From: Marsupella aquatica
Lineage: Eukaryota > Plantae > Marchantiophyta
Assembly (NCBI GenBank): GCA_973895155.1
Contig: OZ316896.1
Location: 3,944,738 to 4,008,737, forward strand
Reading direction: 5' to 3'
DNA: 64,000 nt
The notes beneath the pieces are model-generated. The model was given only the letters and a program-made list of their open reading frames with translations, ran no database searches and was not told the DNA's origin. Below are positions 19,693 to 33,467 of the stretch, piece by piece. The translations under genes were made by a program, and so were the position numbers. Within the stretch, counting starts at the first letter, position 1. Every line of letters starts with the position of its first letter.

Positions 19693-22216
19693 TCAAGATT
19701 TGAGATGCGTAGCAGTAGCGGTCTTGACATAGTCGTGTGCCTGTGCTTCGCTCTTGACTTGGGGCGTCGCACTCTTCTCACCCCTTAGCAGGGACGCCAG
19801 CAACATTAACTCCCCCTGCCATTCATTTAGACTAGTCTCCTTTGTATCAGTTTTGATGGGAATGTCGAAAGTTTTCGTGGCGGCCACAGTGGAAGATGGC
19901 GCGGCTGGAAGGGTCACTGTGCATGCAGAAGACACAGTCAACAACATCTTAAAGTTAGAAATCCGATACCATTTGGAGTTTCAAGTAGAAGAAGCGAGTA
20001 AACCCAGAGCTGATGTAAATTGCACTACTGGGTTTATTGAACAACTTTAACTATTTTAATCGGCAGCGTTCCACCATGCTGTACGAACTGCTGTGCAAAA
20101 TTTGAGGCAAGCCCATGATTCTATTGCTGCAGAGCATACTCGGAAATTGCAACAACAAACTTAGAAGTTGTGGGAGGGAAGGTCCATTCATCTAAGGCCT
20201 GGGTTGAGTCCGGTACAGACCTGGGCAATCGGTCCTTGGTGTAGTTCTGGTGTTGAGAACTCCGTCAAAAGTGCCAGCCCAAGCATCCCTCGCTGTCAAG
20301 AAATTTGGAAGATTGAACAATTTCTTGACTGTTGCGGAAATAGAAGAGTGCTCGTACTGTGAGGTCGGCGTTGGGCCTGTTGCCTTGTGGACCACTGCAC
20401 AACGAAAGCGCAACCAGCCATGATGAAATCCAATCTTTTTCAATTCAATTCCAAAAGTCTCGTCTGTGGGTACTCTGCACGTGCTATTGATTTTGCAGTA
20501 TAAATCTTTACCCCGGAACTGTGGCAGCACCATATCAATTAGAAGACTTGCAATAAGAATGGCACGAGAACTTGGATATTCTTAAGGAGACAGAACTGTC
20601 TCCAAGCACCGCCCTGTGAGCTCGTCCGAATCTATCCATAGTGTTGTTAAATTGACCATAATTCTCATTCTTTTCTTTTCATTAAGAAATAGCGGGAAAG
20701 GAAAAAGATTGAGTACATTAAGAGATATTGGACTAAAGTGGAAATCTAGAGTGCGACGAATTCTCCTAGAAACTGTTTAGCTCACATCCACCCCGTTATT
20801 GCAAGAATTTAAGCCATTTCAGGGTCGGAAGTACAGAATATCAGCTGAATTCAAGATTTCCTTCGTTCAAGTAATCCTTTTGTTACTACAATCATTCAAT
20901 CCAATGCACACCTATTAATACATTGAATCAGGTTATCGATGGAGAGAGTATTGGAAAGGCTAATTAGACAGATGCAGAATTCTCACTGTAGTGAGTATAA
21001 TAATAGGGAATTATCCCACGGGAGGAAATAGGACATTGGACGAGTTCAATGCAATGATACTCAAGTAGATATATCACATAATTATAACGAGAAAGGTGAC
21101 TTGAGGCGTTGTAAGCAATAGACAGCAAAAGGACCTGAAGAAAGCTGGCGAAAGAACTTTACCTACGCCTTTCTCAATCCAAGGGGAGACAATGATGGTG
21201 GGAATCCGGACACCAAGTCGGTCGAAGTTGAAGTAGTCTGGTGCGGGGCCCTTGATGCCATCCGGGTTGGGAACACCGGTTACAGGAGTGGGCACATGAT
21301 CGTAGAATCCACCATGCTCATCGTAGGTGATTACCCACACCATTTCATTCCACTGGGGGCTCTGACGCAGGATTTCGTAGATCTGCTTGAGAAGTTTCTC
21401 TCCATTGGTGACGTCGTGCGGCGGGTGGTTGTCGTTTGCTGGCAGCAGTGGCGGCAGATCGAAGTAACGCTGCTCGATCACGGTGTAGTTTGGGAGCTTG
21501 CCCGCTGCGGCATCGTTTTTGAAGTCCAGATCAAATGCTCTGAAATTGTCGATGTACTTTGGATTCCGAAGCCTACTGTAAAAGAGTGTGGCCGGTATGT
21601 TCTGGTAATAGATCCCGAACGTCAGCCCTGCCTCCTCGATGTTCTCAAAGATGGTCTTCTGAGGATTCCCCTCGATGAGGTCAATCGTGACGTTGCTGAT
21701 CAGCCCGTGTGAAGTGGCGGAGTGCACATAGAACCGGTTTGGTTGAGTGGAGCAAGGTAGCGAGGCGAACCATTTATCGAACACTGCAAACTCCGTAGCA
21801 AGGGCCACTGTGATGGGAATCGATTCTGGTTTGAATGCACTCATCACCTGTGCAGCGAACCCGGGTTTCAAGGCCTCTGCCGTCTGCGCAAAGCCATTCA
21901 TCGGAGGAGGATTGAGAGAGGTATCGGTGCCTCCGAACACCTGCGTCTTAATGACGTCGTAGCCATGGTCGGGGTCCGCCTCTGTCACATAAGGCTCAGC
22001 GTCTGTAACGTACACCTTCTGAGAGGTGGGATCAGAGACCTTAATGAGGTTGTACTCGTTTCCCTTCAGTCCATCGACATCGGGATGAACGCGGTTCAGG
22101 AATCCCAGAACATTGTCGAACGACCTGTTCTCCATCACCAAGACCACCACCGTCTTGATTTTCCCAGCCATCTCAACTTTTTGGACCGGTGTAGTGCTGA
22201 AACAGCTATTTCCCAT
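19693..22216 (-). CDS. NPC: Non-specific phospholipase C (phosphoesterase family), 3 exons: 22216-21163, 20394-20221, 19916-19693
   Basis: Motifs [66 protein letters not shown] and [12 protein letters not shown]. Both introns are phase 1 with GT..AG ends and preserve the frame. Confidence 0.93.
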
Positions 22217-23689
22217 GTAAGTTCGTGAAACTATGGGAAACGCCTAATAATCAGCTATTTCAAAATAGTGCCCGTCCAGTCTACAAATGAGTTACCAATC
22301 CTGGTACGAGCTGGAGGGATACTTCCCCGAGGCCGTTCATCAATCCGAAGCCTTGAGACTCAATCATACACAATGCGATAGCTCCTTTAAATAGGATCGC
22401 AATGCGGAGGGAGGGGCCACAGCTACAGTCGCTGCACCGTTGCAAATGGTGCATCCCATTATGAAATTAGAATGTAGCGGCCCGAGTTTCCGACGTTGCC
22501 TGCCCTGGTGGTGAATCAGGCACAGAAGCTCTGCACAACCTCTGTTACAGATCAGGAAGGGACATCATTTTCGCTCATGCAAGGAAGCGAGAAAGCTGCA
22601 GCACGAGCTGGCTTGAGACTTTCTCGGACTGACTCGGACTCGGACCATTGACGATGCTGACCAGAGGAAGGACGATTTGGAGGCATACAGGACCGAGCGT
22701 TATCTACAGGATCCCGGAGGAATATGAGTACTGCATTGAGAGATGAATTGCTCAATCGGTCATCCGATTGACGCGGAGTGCAAGCGAAGATAAGGACGAT
22801 AGCACGTTTTCTCAAATCACGAATGCATGATCGCTGTTGACTGCGCTCTCTAGCAGGACAGGTGCGCTGGTCTTGCGTAGCTACTTTAATACGGACCTTC
22901 ACCCCGGCCTGGATTCCATGTTTTCTAATCCATTTCACTGCAGTCAAAGAAAATCAGTCATCCAATCAATTCCCCCCGTGAAAAGCTAATGCCGTAACTA
23001 CACTACAGTGGTCTCCAATCCCGCACAACGATTCCCTATTTAAAGAGCTGGTGGGTTCCCACACGCAACAGTCCTGGTTTCCAATTTTTAAATCTCCTTA
23101 AGATCAGCTCGAAGACTCATCGTAACCCGAGCTTCAGCTCTTCCAATGAAAACTCATGATCTTAACCCCAGCTTCAGCTCTTGCAACGACTGTACAAGCT
23201 TCTCTTCAATCTGATCTGTCTGATCTGCGACACAATTTCACGTCGAGGAAACTGACTTCGTTGGCATTCTCCTGCTTGTCACGAAAACAATACCTGCTGT
23301 AGAATTTGCCGCAATTGGAAGACACTACAGGCGTGACTGTGCTTTTGATTATTCACGAGGCGATGGTCAAATTCATGAGGAATCCTGCTGAGCCGAACTG
23401 TATATAGATGAATCGTTCACGTCAGCATTGAAGGGTCCAGAACTCGAGATTGGAGAATGGAATGGAGATTGAAGAATCCACGAAGAATGTCCGTTGGAAA
23501 TAATTATGCATCTTTGCGGTTTTAGGGGGCCCACGAAAAGGTCATGAGACCAAAGATTGCACCGGCGCGCTTTGAACTCGGGTCCTATGCGAGCTTCACC
23601 GGTAGCAAAAGCCCCGCCTATCTACCGACACGTGCCGAGCTCCACACTGTCTCCGGGGTTTGGACTTGCCAGACAAATAGAGGCTTTAG

Positions 23690-23900
23690 AGTCCGTCAAT
23701 CCGCAAATCGTCATCCGGACCATCCCGGCCTGGCCTGAGCCGGCCGTCCCGACCGCGACCCCGGCCGGCTCACTCCCCGCCCCGACCCGGCCCAACTTTG
23801 TCCCAGCCTGTCCCGGCCTATCCCTGCCCGGCCCTGCACCTGGCCCGGGGAATAACACAGAATATCCGTCAAATGGGCCAATTTTTGCCCAGCAAGTTGA
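23690..23900. repeat. GC-rich CCCG(A/G)CC repeats, possibly a DNA-transposon subterminal region
   Basis: Dense cccgacc/cccggcc motifs; a related CCTATCCCTGCCCG motif occurs at ~46916. Confidence 0.4.
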
Positions 23901-26900
23901 CGTGCCCAACAACTCGACAAGTTGCCCGTCACTTCAAACTTGGCGTATATGAGGATTTCTCAAATCTCTCTTTTCTGCTTTCCAGGCAATTTTTTTCCTT
24001 CGCATTCCTGCCTCCTGTCAAAGGCAAATTCCCTGGAAAAAAGGTGGTGTGTGTGTGCACTCCTTGACCAAAATTTTGGTCCTTTAGGGCTAAGGTTTAT
24101 TTGGTGAACTTCAAGGTTTGAGACCCCCTATTTAATTGTTCTACAGAGACTAGGTTATTTCTGTGAATTTCAAGGTTTGAGACCCCTTTTTGATTGTTGT
24201 ACAGGGACTCTCCTTAATGACCGGCTGTTAAAACCAGGTGAGTTTCTGGTAAATGCACATCAGAAATGCAGCTGCATGCTTTGTACAATGTCATGGGGCA
24301 TGTGCCCACCCTTTTCAATAGCACAGTAAACGTGATTATTTTGTCATATCATTGAGTGTTGTTCCTTCTACCCATCCACATCCAGTTGCTGCTTTTTGAA
24401 GAGAGTGCAAATAGGGGGACGCATGCATTTCGGCCATGAACATATATGAACAGAGTTCTGGAGGGTATAGGATATGCCAACCCCAGTATAGAATATGCCA
24501 GCATGGAGTAACAATGGGAAACTAAGGGGCTTGCTTGTCGTACATGCCAACCAGTGTGGATTGTTGGAGTGTGTATTTCCTTTACATGCAATGGGATCCC
24601 GTTTTTATGCCTTCACCAGCTAAGTATGGATGGTAAACTTTTGTACACTAGTGTTTCCTCCCGCTGTAAAATCTCAAACACCAGAAACCGATTGGTGTGA
24701 AATTGACCCTCTGGTTGAATGGTGCAATTTTGTCTCCAAGGCCCAGCTATCTTGTTGCTTGGAGAAGAATGGGGCGTCTAAGTTTGTATCTCAGCAGAAA
24801 GCAAGGTAAAGGGATCAGTGAGCTGGAAGGTGTTAGTGATTGAAACATTAGCCACACTCCATCGCTACCATTTCCGAATATGAATCAGCTGCTTAAGAAA
24901 ATGATCACACTGTGACCAACTTTGCAAGTACTTAGGGCATTTTCAAAATGTAAATGTTGCTATCTGAGTCAATTTCAACATTCTGAACTAGTCTATCCAT
25001 GCTTTGCCAGTTCATTCAGACTTCACATACAGTGTCTTGGTCCACATATTCTGGATTCAGTTTCAAAGAATGGATTGGCAAGAAAAGGTGAGCGTGGTTT
25101 TTAATTTCTGTGAGTTTACAAAGCTATGCCTACAAATTACCAGGCAATATTACCTGAATATCTTTAAACTTTACAAAATTAAATTAGCCCATCAAAGTTG
25201 TTGAATGTTACCTCTAAATATTGTCTCATTGGATTCTTCTTCGTGACCATCTTCAGTTTACTCAAAAGCTTTACCAGGTATTTCCAATCACTCAGGGATT
25301 GCTGGTGACAAGGGCTTTAGTTCGTTTACCATAATAAGTTGTAGGAGACTCTCGGCCTTTTTGGCTCTTTCATCCTCTTGGGGGTTTCCCTCACTGTTTC
25401 CCCACTTTATTGGGTCTCTATCTTGCCTTTGTGATCCTGTCTCCCATTCTGACACTTGTTTTTCTTCAATTGGCAGTGCGATAGATTAATTATGTGAAGG
25501 TGCCGCTTGTTTTTTAATGCTCTCTCTTGCACCTCACAACATGTCATAACCTAGAGTGTACTCAACAGAATGATCATAACCTAGTGTCTACTGGAGTGCT
25601 TGATGAAATTGGGCCAACTGTTCAAGCAAACGGAATTTCTCAGTGAGGTGACTGGCTGTGTAATTTGGCTGCCGTATAACATTAGTGTTTGCAACTGCAT
25701 GCCCCCTACCCTTTGCTTTGTAAAGCCCGCCTAAATCCTTCAATGTGCCCACCATTGTACTTTCTGTGCTGTTAGCATTGTTTCATCACAATCCCAATCA
25801 CAATTCATATTGTGTTTAGGCCTCACTGTGCCAAAAAAAAGTGTCAATAGAAATGGCGTTGAGTAAGGAGTACTTTACAACACATGCATGGGGGCCATTG
25901 CACACACTAAATATAGTGTCCTGGGGCTAAAAGCATTTTTTGAATCCTTTTATTGCCCCCAAGGTCTTGTAAAGCCAAGTGCAGCCAATGGTGATTAATT
26001 TAGTAAAGGACAGATTGAGTACCCACTCCACCTGAATGTCACATAATCTTTGGCTAAAGTCTCTCTAGATGTGAGAAGAGAAGATCTTACGAAGGACTTG
26101 TGGGTCCCTTTTTAATACAAATGACTTAAAATAGAAATGAACCAAGAGACTAGAAAACGAGACCTCCAAGAGAGGTGATCTAAAATCTAGGACAAAAGAG
26201 TGCTCCACATAAGCAAAAATTGGGCCCACTACATTCCATGTAGGATTGTTAACAGGTCGGTTGAAAGTGCCCCCAACCTTTTATAATGTGAACAGCAGCA
26301 GTTTCTCCCAAATGGATGGCTCTGATCAGATCTTGGAGACAAAAAAGACAGAGTGGAAATTGCCGCAGCTTCTTGTAAAGCCACCCTAACTTTAGGATTG
26401 GTAGTGGTTGCGTGATTTTTCTGCACAGTTTTTGTAAAGTGAAGTGTGGCCTGATCACACATTTGAACCCCTATGATTGCATCTCAGACATAGAAGAATT
26501 TTTTTTTTCTGTTCACCTATAGAAAATTAATTTGAGATTTAAAACAATCTTTTGGAGCTGCCAAGAAGCTAGCCACCCAAGATAGAATTCCATTACACTC
26601 TCCTGCATGAAATATTTCCCCGTGGATCCTGATGTCTAGGATGGCACAACAATCAATGGAAAGGCCAACCCAGAAACTCGAGATCCTCAAATGTCAAACG
26701 CTTTTTCAACACCATATCTTGGGGTCGTCACCTCCATTAACTATACTGCAAGACCTGACTGGTCTTTCCTCATAATAAACGAAAAAAATATAGCCTCGAA
26801 GGTCAATTACAAAGTTCTATCCAAGTGGCAAATTATTCTGCTGACCGTTCATCCTCATCCAAAAATATTTAAAACACCAAACTACAGTACCACCCATGAC

Positions 26901-27344
26901 GTCAGAATGCAACAAACTGCTATCGAACAAACGTATCAGTATTCTATTGCTTCATTTGGTGTTTTTTTCCTGCATCTTTGGAAAAAATTGAACACATCCG
27001 CAAACTTGCTTAACCACGCATCACTTGAGACTCTTTCTTGGAAAAAGTGGCACAAGACAAAGCAACACAAAAGGAATGATTTGCATGGAAAATGTTTTGG
27101 CAACCAAATCTATGTAAATATGTTTTTCAAAGTTTTCAACCAAGAACACATGAACTCATGAGTTTACAGATAGGTCTAATCTGCACCAACAATCAGGACC
27201 GGGATCAGGACGGTGTAAAAACAATCACTAACTAGCACTACGGGAAAATGAAACATTTTTACTATCTGAAGAGCCAGACAAGTACAGTTGAGTTATTAAA
27301 GCACAACAGGCCCAGAGATGACAAGCACCAAAACAAGCCGCCAA

Positions 27345-27690
27345 GTACAAACTCTATAAATCAAGAATTAAAGACTGAAGGAAAAATCTCCTGCAAATTG
27401 GAGGTAAACATCTACCACTTTAATTTCAGAGAGATGAGCTAATGGTCTAGATCTAGTGTAGTTGTGACTAATTATAGCACTAAGGTAGTACTTGACCATC
27501 TAGAGTGGTCTGATCAATAAGGTAACTATGATGTAGAGACGTTTTAAAAACTCCATAAATCAAGAATTAAAGACTGAAGAAAAAATCTCCTGGAAATAAG
27601 AGGTAAAGATCTACTGTACCACTTTAATTTTAGAGAGATCAGCTAATGATCTAGATCTAGTAGGGAACTATGATGTAGAGACGTTTTTAC
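27345..27690. repeat. ~110-bp direct duplication
   Basis: ATAAATCAAGAATTAAAGACTGAAG at ~27356 and ~27555. Confidence 0.85.
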
Positions 27691-28179
27691 TGCCCCGAAG
27701 GCCTCCACAGCAAACAAACGGGTAGAAAAGGTCAGACATGCAAAATAGAAATAATCTCATGCAAAAGGATCAAATTAGATAGTGAATATGCTTAATATTA
27801 TGTGACATTAGCCATGTACAAAATGAGGTACTCAGGAATATTCTTAGCATGTGACTAGGTGACAGTATTTAGCCATGTAGAAAACTGCTCTACATAGGGA
27901 ATCTTCTTAGCATGTGACAAAAATTACCCTCATCTAAACAATTGTCTCTTGTGAGTATTGAGAATCTAGATCATCTATAATCTTATTAAGGGTAGTTGAG
28001 AACTAGTTTGTGGTGATCAACAACGGAGTTTAGAGATTTAGACCCATACCAGTCTTCCTGTTTGACTGCTGCTGGACTGATCTGAGTCAACAGCGGATTC
28101 TATGGAGTTCTAGGGTGAGACTGCAAAATTAGCTCAGACCCATACCACTCCTTCATGTTTAGATTAACTCATTCCCATC

Positions 28180-28810
28180 ACCTATATAATAAAGAGAGTG
28201 CTGGACTCATTTCAGTCACCTATATAGTAAAGAGGGAGTTGATGAGTTCTCGATTCAATCGCCCATACTTAGAATAAAGAGAGCTCAATCACCACGCAAG
28301 AAATGAAGAGAGCTCAATCGCCATTCTGAATAGTAAAGAGGGAGTGCTCGACTCACTTCAATTTAATCACCTACAGAATAACGAGAGCTCAATCAGCACT
28401 CAAGAATGAAGAGAGCTCAATCACCATTCAGAATGTCTTTCACCGCAGGCTCCGAGTGTGTTTTTAACATGTATCTGGATTCTCAAATTGTAGGCCCTCA
28501 CTACTGCAATTTGAAAGTCGAAGAATACTTGAATGTGATAAGAGAAAAAGCGCACCCTCAAATTCACCGCTCTGAATGTGTTTTAAAGGTGTATCTGGAT
28601 TTACAAATAGGCCCTCAGTGCTGCGATCTGAAAGCAGGAAAATGCTTGAATTTGATAAAAATGAGCACACCCTCGCTACTGGAATCTGAAAACCGAAGAA
28701 TGCTTGAATCTGATAAAAAATTAGCACACCCTCTATCACCGGGATCGACCCTCACTACTACGATTTGGAAGCCGAAGATTGCTTGAATGTGACAAAAATT
28801 AGCACGGAGA
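28180..28810. repeat. Degenerate minisatellite arrays
   Basis: Recurring GAGAGCTCAATC (28270-28425) and CCCTC.CTACT...GA..GAA..CTTGAAT.TGA.AA units (28490-28800). Confidence 0.7.
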
Positions 28811-29811
28811 GTCGTTCGATAGATCGCCATGGTCATACGACAGATTCCCGCTCATGGCAATTTCGAGGACTCTTTCTGAAAGGTTTCGAATGATTGAATC
28901 AATGAAACAATTCTCAGTCTGTTGGCAGCTCGCCGCAGCTGTGATAATTAGTCGCGAGGCCGGATTCTGTGAATTTCCAGCTTTCCGCAACTTTTATAAG
29001 AATTCATAATAGCTAGCTGTCCCCCGAGTTGTCCCCTCTCCATACGCCAGAGGAGCGTTACAATGTTCCCAGTGAGAGTTCGCTTTGAAAGTGTACATCA
29101 ATTTGACTTGCACTTGTCGAAAGCGTCAACAAGCGGGATTTCGCCGACAATTAACATACTTAGCGTTTCAGTGACTGTTCGCCAGAATGATCGAGGAGAT
29201 TATGATTTGAATGAAACGTCATCGTACTACGAAATTCTGATGGGATTTCAAGGATTCTTCTTCAAAGTTTTCGAGAATTCCATTTGTTTTAGAATGATAG
29301 AAAGCACAGTTCATAGCGCGCTGCGGTGGTTAATAAGCCTAAGTGCTTCGTGCATAGTTGTAATTATTACTTGGTTTGTGAACTCCCAAAATTTGACGGG
29401 ATGATTGATAGGAAATTGGGAAAGATCACACTAAACGTACAGTTTTACAACAGGTCTTGAATGCATTCTTAGCTTACCGGCAAACTTTGGCCATGATACT
29501 TGTGATTGTTCTCCATGGAGCGAACAGAACAATTTTGAACACATTAATGGATTGAGATCAAATGTGGAGAGGAGATGCGTACATGTCCCACCGGCCCTTC
29601 CCCGTCGACCCTTAAAAGCTCTCACTTGTACAGGTGTTTGGCTGCACTAGGGTGTCTCATATAGATAACAAAAATTGGCACCTCAAGGGTGGTCTGCCAG
29701 GCACTCTAGGGCACACAAGAGGGTACAACTGGGCGATACTTTTCTTGGGTACATGTAAATTACATGAATGGGGTCACGATACACTTGCAAAAATTTGAGA
29801 CCGTTCTGAGA

Positions 29812-32643
29812 GTGACTGGTTGGGCCTCACATGAGTGACTGCTTGGGCCTCACATAATTTGGTGCCCAACCAGTCATGACTGTTGCCCTGACCGCAACAG
29901 TCCCAGGCGCAGTTAAATTAGTTCGTGGGGCGCAGTTAAATTAGTTCGTGGACCCCCACCTGTTTTTATTGGATTGAGATTGAAAAGTGGATAGTTATTG
30001 ATACAAATAAAAAATGTGTTAAAAAGTAGACACTTATTGATATAGATAAATATGTTTCCGACAATGGGTATCTTTATTGGGACTTGTCATTTATTTTTGC
30101 ATGATACAACACATTGTTCTGAAATTGTTCAAGGGGTTCGACAGGATTGCAGCTCCTGTGAGGGAAATAGCATTGTTGGGGGCACTGGTGACTTTCGATT
30201 GGCTCAAGGGTGGGCAGGCATCACCACTTACTCCTTGACTGACGTCGCCAATGCAAATCTATGTGTTTAACCACATATGTAGTACAGCATAAGAAAGTAG
30301 AAAATACAGACGTGGCTATTGTTTGCATGGAGGAAGTGGAGACAAATAGTCCTCGTAGTTTGTCTTCGCCACACTGTTGTTTAAGACATTTTTATCGACT
30401 CAGACCCCACTCATTCCCATGTCAGTCTGGTATTCTCATTTTAGGCAACTCCAAGGTCAACTACTACTTGCCTGGTCGGTGTGTTCTTTGCGGACCAGAA
30501 CTCCCAACATGAAACCAATTTCAATTAATGTATGAACCAAACGCAACATAAACGAAATTTCTTTTATTGTAAGAAACAGTTCAGTTTGCCTGGCCTAGGA
30601 AACTTTGTGACGGTCTAGTATCAGTACTCTGTGTCCCGGGTTGCAGTTCACCTATTGCTTCTGCCCTAGTCACTTCTTTTAAGAAAGCTTATAACAGAGA
30701 CCAATTTCAATTTTGACGAGTGTAAGAAGCGAAAAGAACATTCCCGACTCTGACAGGAGCAGTAGAGGGGGTTGATCTGGTTCCAAAAGTCCAAACTATT
30801 CAGAGGAAACTGAAGCCAATAAGCATCTCCAAAATGAAAATGGTGAGATGGCCACTGATTCCTCTATTGAAAAATCTGATAAGGTCGCAGGTTTAGATTG
30901 TCTCTGCAACCGAGCAAGATAAAGCCAAAGAAGCGTGAATAATTTTGATGCCTAGAAACTACGGCCATCTCAAATAAGATTGCCCTCCCTGTTCAGAGCT
31001 TGAGCTGGATGCCCAAGAGCACAGTCAAGCCCTTAAGCAGAACAACTTGAGAACCAACATCCGAAGCACAGGCTACTCGACCAACGCTAGGAGGTTCGTA
31101 AATTCCTAAATCCGTATAGCTATGAAGCCAAATCTGGAACATCTGATGATACCTCATAAATTCTCAATTAGAGTTCCGAGAAGCTCACGGCAGAAACCTA
31201 AAGCCTGAAACATCTTGCGCACTGTGGAGGAACCCTCCCAGAATCTTTCAAAATCTCTCATCCATATTTGGACATAGAGTTAGTATTTGCTACTGGCTCC
31301 AGAACTCTGAATCCTTAACTCTGACAGCGCTACGATCTCGGCCACGATCATATCCGGAAGCAACTGTCTGAGGGATCAAAAATTGAAGAAATGAAACAGA
31401 GGGGAAGCAATCTCTGGGAGCCGAAAGGAAAACATAAAGACAACCAGAAAAAGGAAGAAGCAAGGAAGAAGCAAAACGAGCGCCCGTGAAGGGCATTGGT
31501 GTCCGACATTCGATCGAGAATCAGAAGAGAGACATCAAAATCAGAAGGATTCAGCAATGAAAGTTGACCTTGTTTGATCGAACTGCTTTTGCCTTTTTCT
31601 TCTGATCAGGTCGCTGCCTTTCCGCTCTTCTCTGCCCCGATCGTGTTTCTACAGAGTTTTATATCGTCTTGTTCGATCCTTAATTTTCTCTTTAAATTTT
31701 CTGTTGTTCTCTGGATCCTCAGGGCGTTGTGTTAGTCTCTCTTTACACTTTCACTTTGCCATGGCCTCTTTTGATCTTTGTTTTGATTTCAGGTTCAAAT
31801 CGCAGTCCTTCTCTTCCTGATTCGATCGTTTCGTTCTTCAGTTTCTTCTTATCAATTCTGTTTGCGATCGTTGCTTTTCCTGCTTTTGGTCCTTATGAAA
31901 TGAACTCTCTTCTGGTTTCTTTGTTATCGAATCTTCGATCGGGCAGCTTCTTTCTCACCTTGTCGTTTCTCTCAACATTGCGTGTGCACACATTCACCGC
32001 ACCATCACCATCAAAATCAACAACGAGAATTCGTGCAGAGGTTGTGGCGCGGAGGAGCGCTCGTTATTACAGTTTGGATTGCGGGCGGGATGGATTGTAG
32101 TGGACGTTAATTACTTAACTGTTTATAGTGACAAGTGCTTACTTTCGATTACACATTTAATTTTTTTTATTACTTAATGGTTATTGTTATTATTTAATGT
32201 TGTGCATTTCGTTATTTAGGGGTTGAAAAAACAGTTATTGTCTATCTCAACTTCAATAATTTGTTATCTAAAGGTAAATAATACGGTTAATTGTAAAACA
32301 AGTTTACATGAATTTTTACTGCATGGCATCCCTAGTTTTACCAAAATTCCGTCGCAAACACGAATGTGGGCATAATTTCATTGTGGAGACCAATTCGTTC
32401 CTGTTTGTTGTGGTTGTTGTTGACGTGGCACGCTGTGGTGCCAGGAATTTTGGAAGGGACCTCTAGTGGGGTCCGTAATTAAGTTGAAAATTTGACTTAT
32501 TTGAGATGCTTATTAGAGGCAGACTAATAGAATTGCGTGACTGGTTGGGCCTCACATGAGTGACTGGTTGGGCCTCATATTTGGTGCCCAACCAGTCATG
32601 ACTGTTGCCCTGACCCGCAACAGTCCCAGGCGCAGTTAAATTA
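29812..32643. repeat. Pair of ~108-bp direct repeats (29812-29920 and 32537-32643)
   Basis: GTGACTGGTTGGGCCTCACATGAGTGACTG...CAGTCCCAGGCGCAGTTAAATTA at both positions. Confidence 0.9.
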
Positions 32644-33230
32644 AGTTGAAAATTTGACTTATTTGAGATGCTTATTAGAGGCAGACTAATTTAGAATTAT
32701 CCTTCTTTCACTGACCGGCTGGAAGGAACCACACCAGGACCTGATCACTGGCCTAAAGGCAGGCTGATAGAATTAACCTTCTGTCAGGGACCCATTAGAA
32801 GGAACCAAATCACTGGTCGGCCATTAGGAGAGTGCTGCTCCGCTGTAGTATCTAAATTACTTGTTTAGTTGTTTCTTTGTGAGGCCTAGCTTCTCCCCTA
32901 GCACTCCTTCACAAGTTTTTTATGAGTAGGGCCTCAAGTACTCTGGGGTGATGCCTCTTGTTTGGGGCTCCCCCTCTCTTTGCTGGCTATTTGAATGGGC
33001 TTTTTTTTCTAGTGATTGTTTTTTAAAACTTTGAAAGCCAAAAGTAAACCCATCCAAAGGAGGATAGGAATTCTGCTTTAGAGTATGCACAAGGGAAGAA
33101 GATACCAAGGGATCACACATGGACCATTGTAGGAAGGAGAGAGGGTTGGACCATACTCCACCAGTACACCCCACCCACACCAACACACAGATACCCTCCA
33201 CATTCCTTGCCTATGGGGGAGGGGGATTGA

Positions 33231-33467
33231 ACCGTGGACATATTGATTCTAGGCTAATCCCTATATTTGAATGGATTTCATTTGGTTTATTTGACGGAGG
33301 CAAAGAGGTACCGTGGACATATTGATTCTAGGCTAATCCCTATATTTGAATGGATTTCATTTGGTTTATTTGACGGAGGCAAAGAGGTACCGTGGACATA
33401 TTGATTCTAGGCTAATCCCTATATTTGAATGGATTTCATTTGGTTTATTTGACGGAGGCAAAGAGGT
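33231..33467. repeat. 79-bp tandem repeat x3, apparently perfect
   Basis: ACCGTGGACATATTGATTCTAGG starts at 33231, 33310 and 33389. Confidence 0.97.

Noticed and set aside
23544-24107. Pro/Gly-rich ORFs on both strands
   Set aside because: They result from a GC-rich low-complexity tract.
24240-27200. Possible degraded transposase
   Set aside because: CpG-poor, TE-like DNA, but I could not identify any catalytic motif.
27236-33014. CACTA element bounded by CACTACGGGAAAA (27236) and TTTTCTAGTG (~33005-33014)
   Set aside because: The TIRs match poorly beyond CACTA, the 3-bp flanks differ (TAG vs ATT), and no transposase lies inside.
33231-33467. 79-bp repeats as CRISPR, or as coding ORFs 33119-33617
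   Set aside because: Head-to-tail repeats without spacers; the ORFs are repeat by-products.
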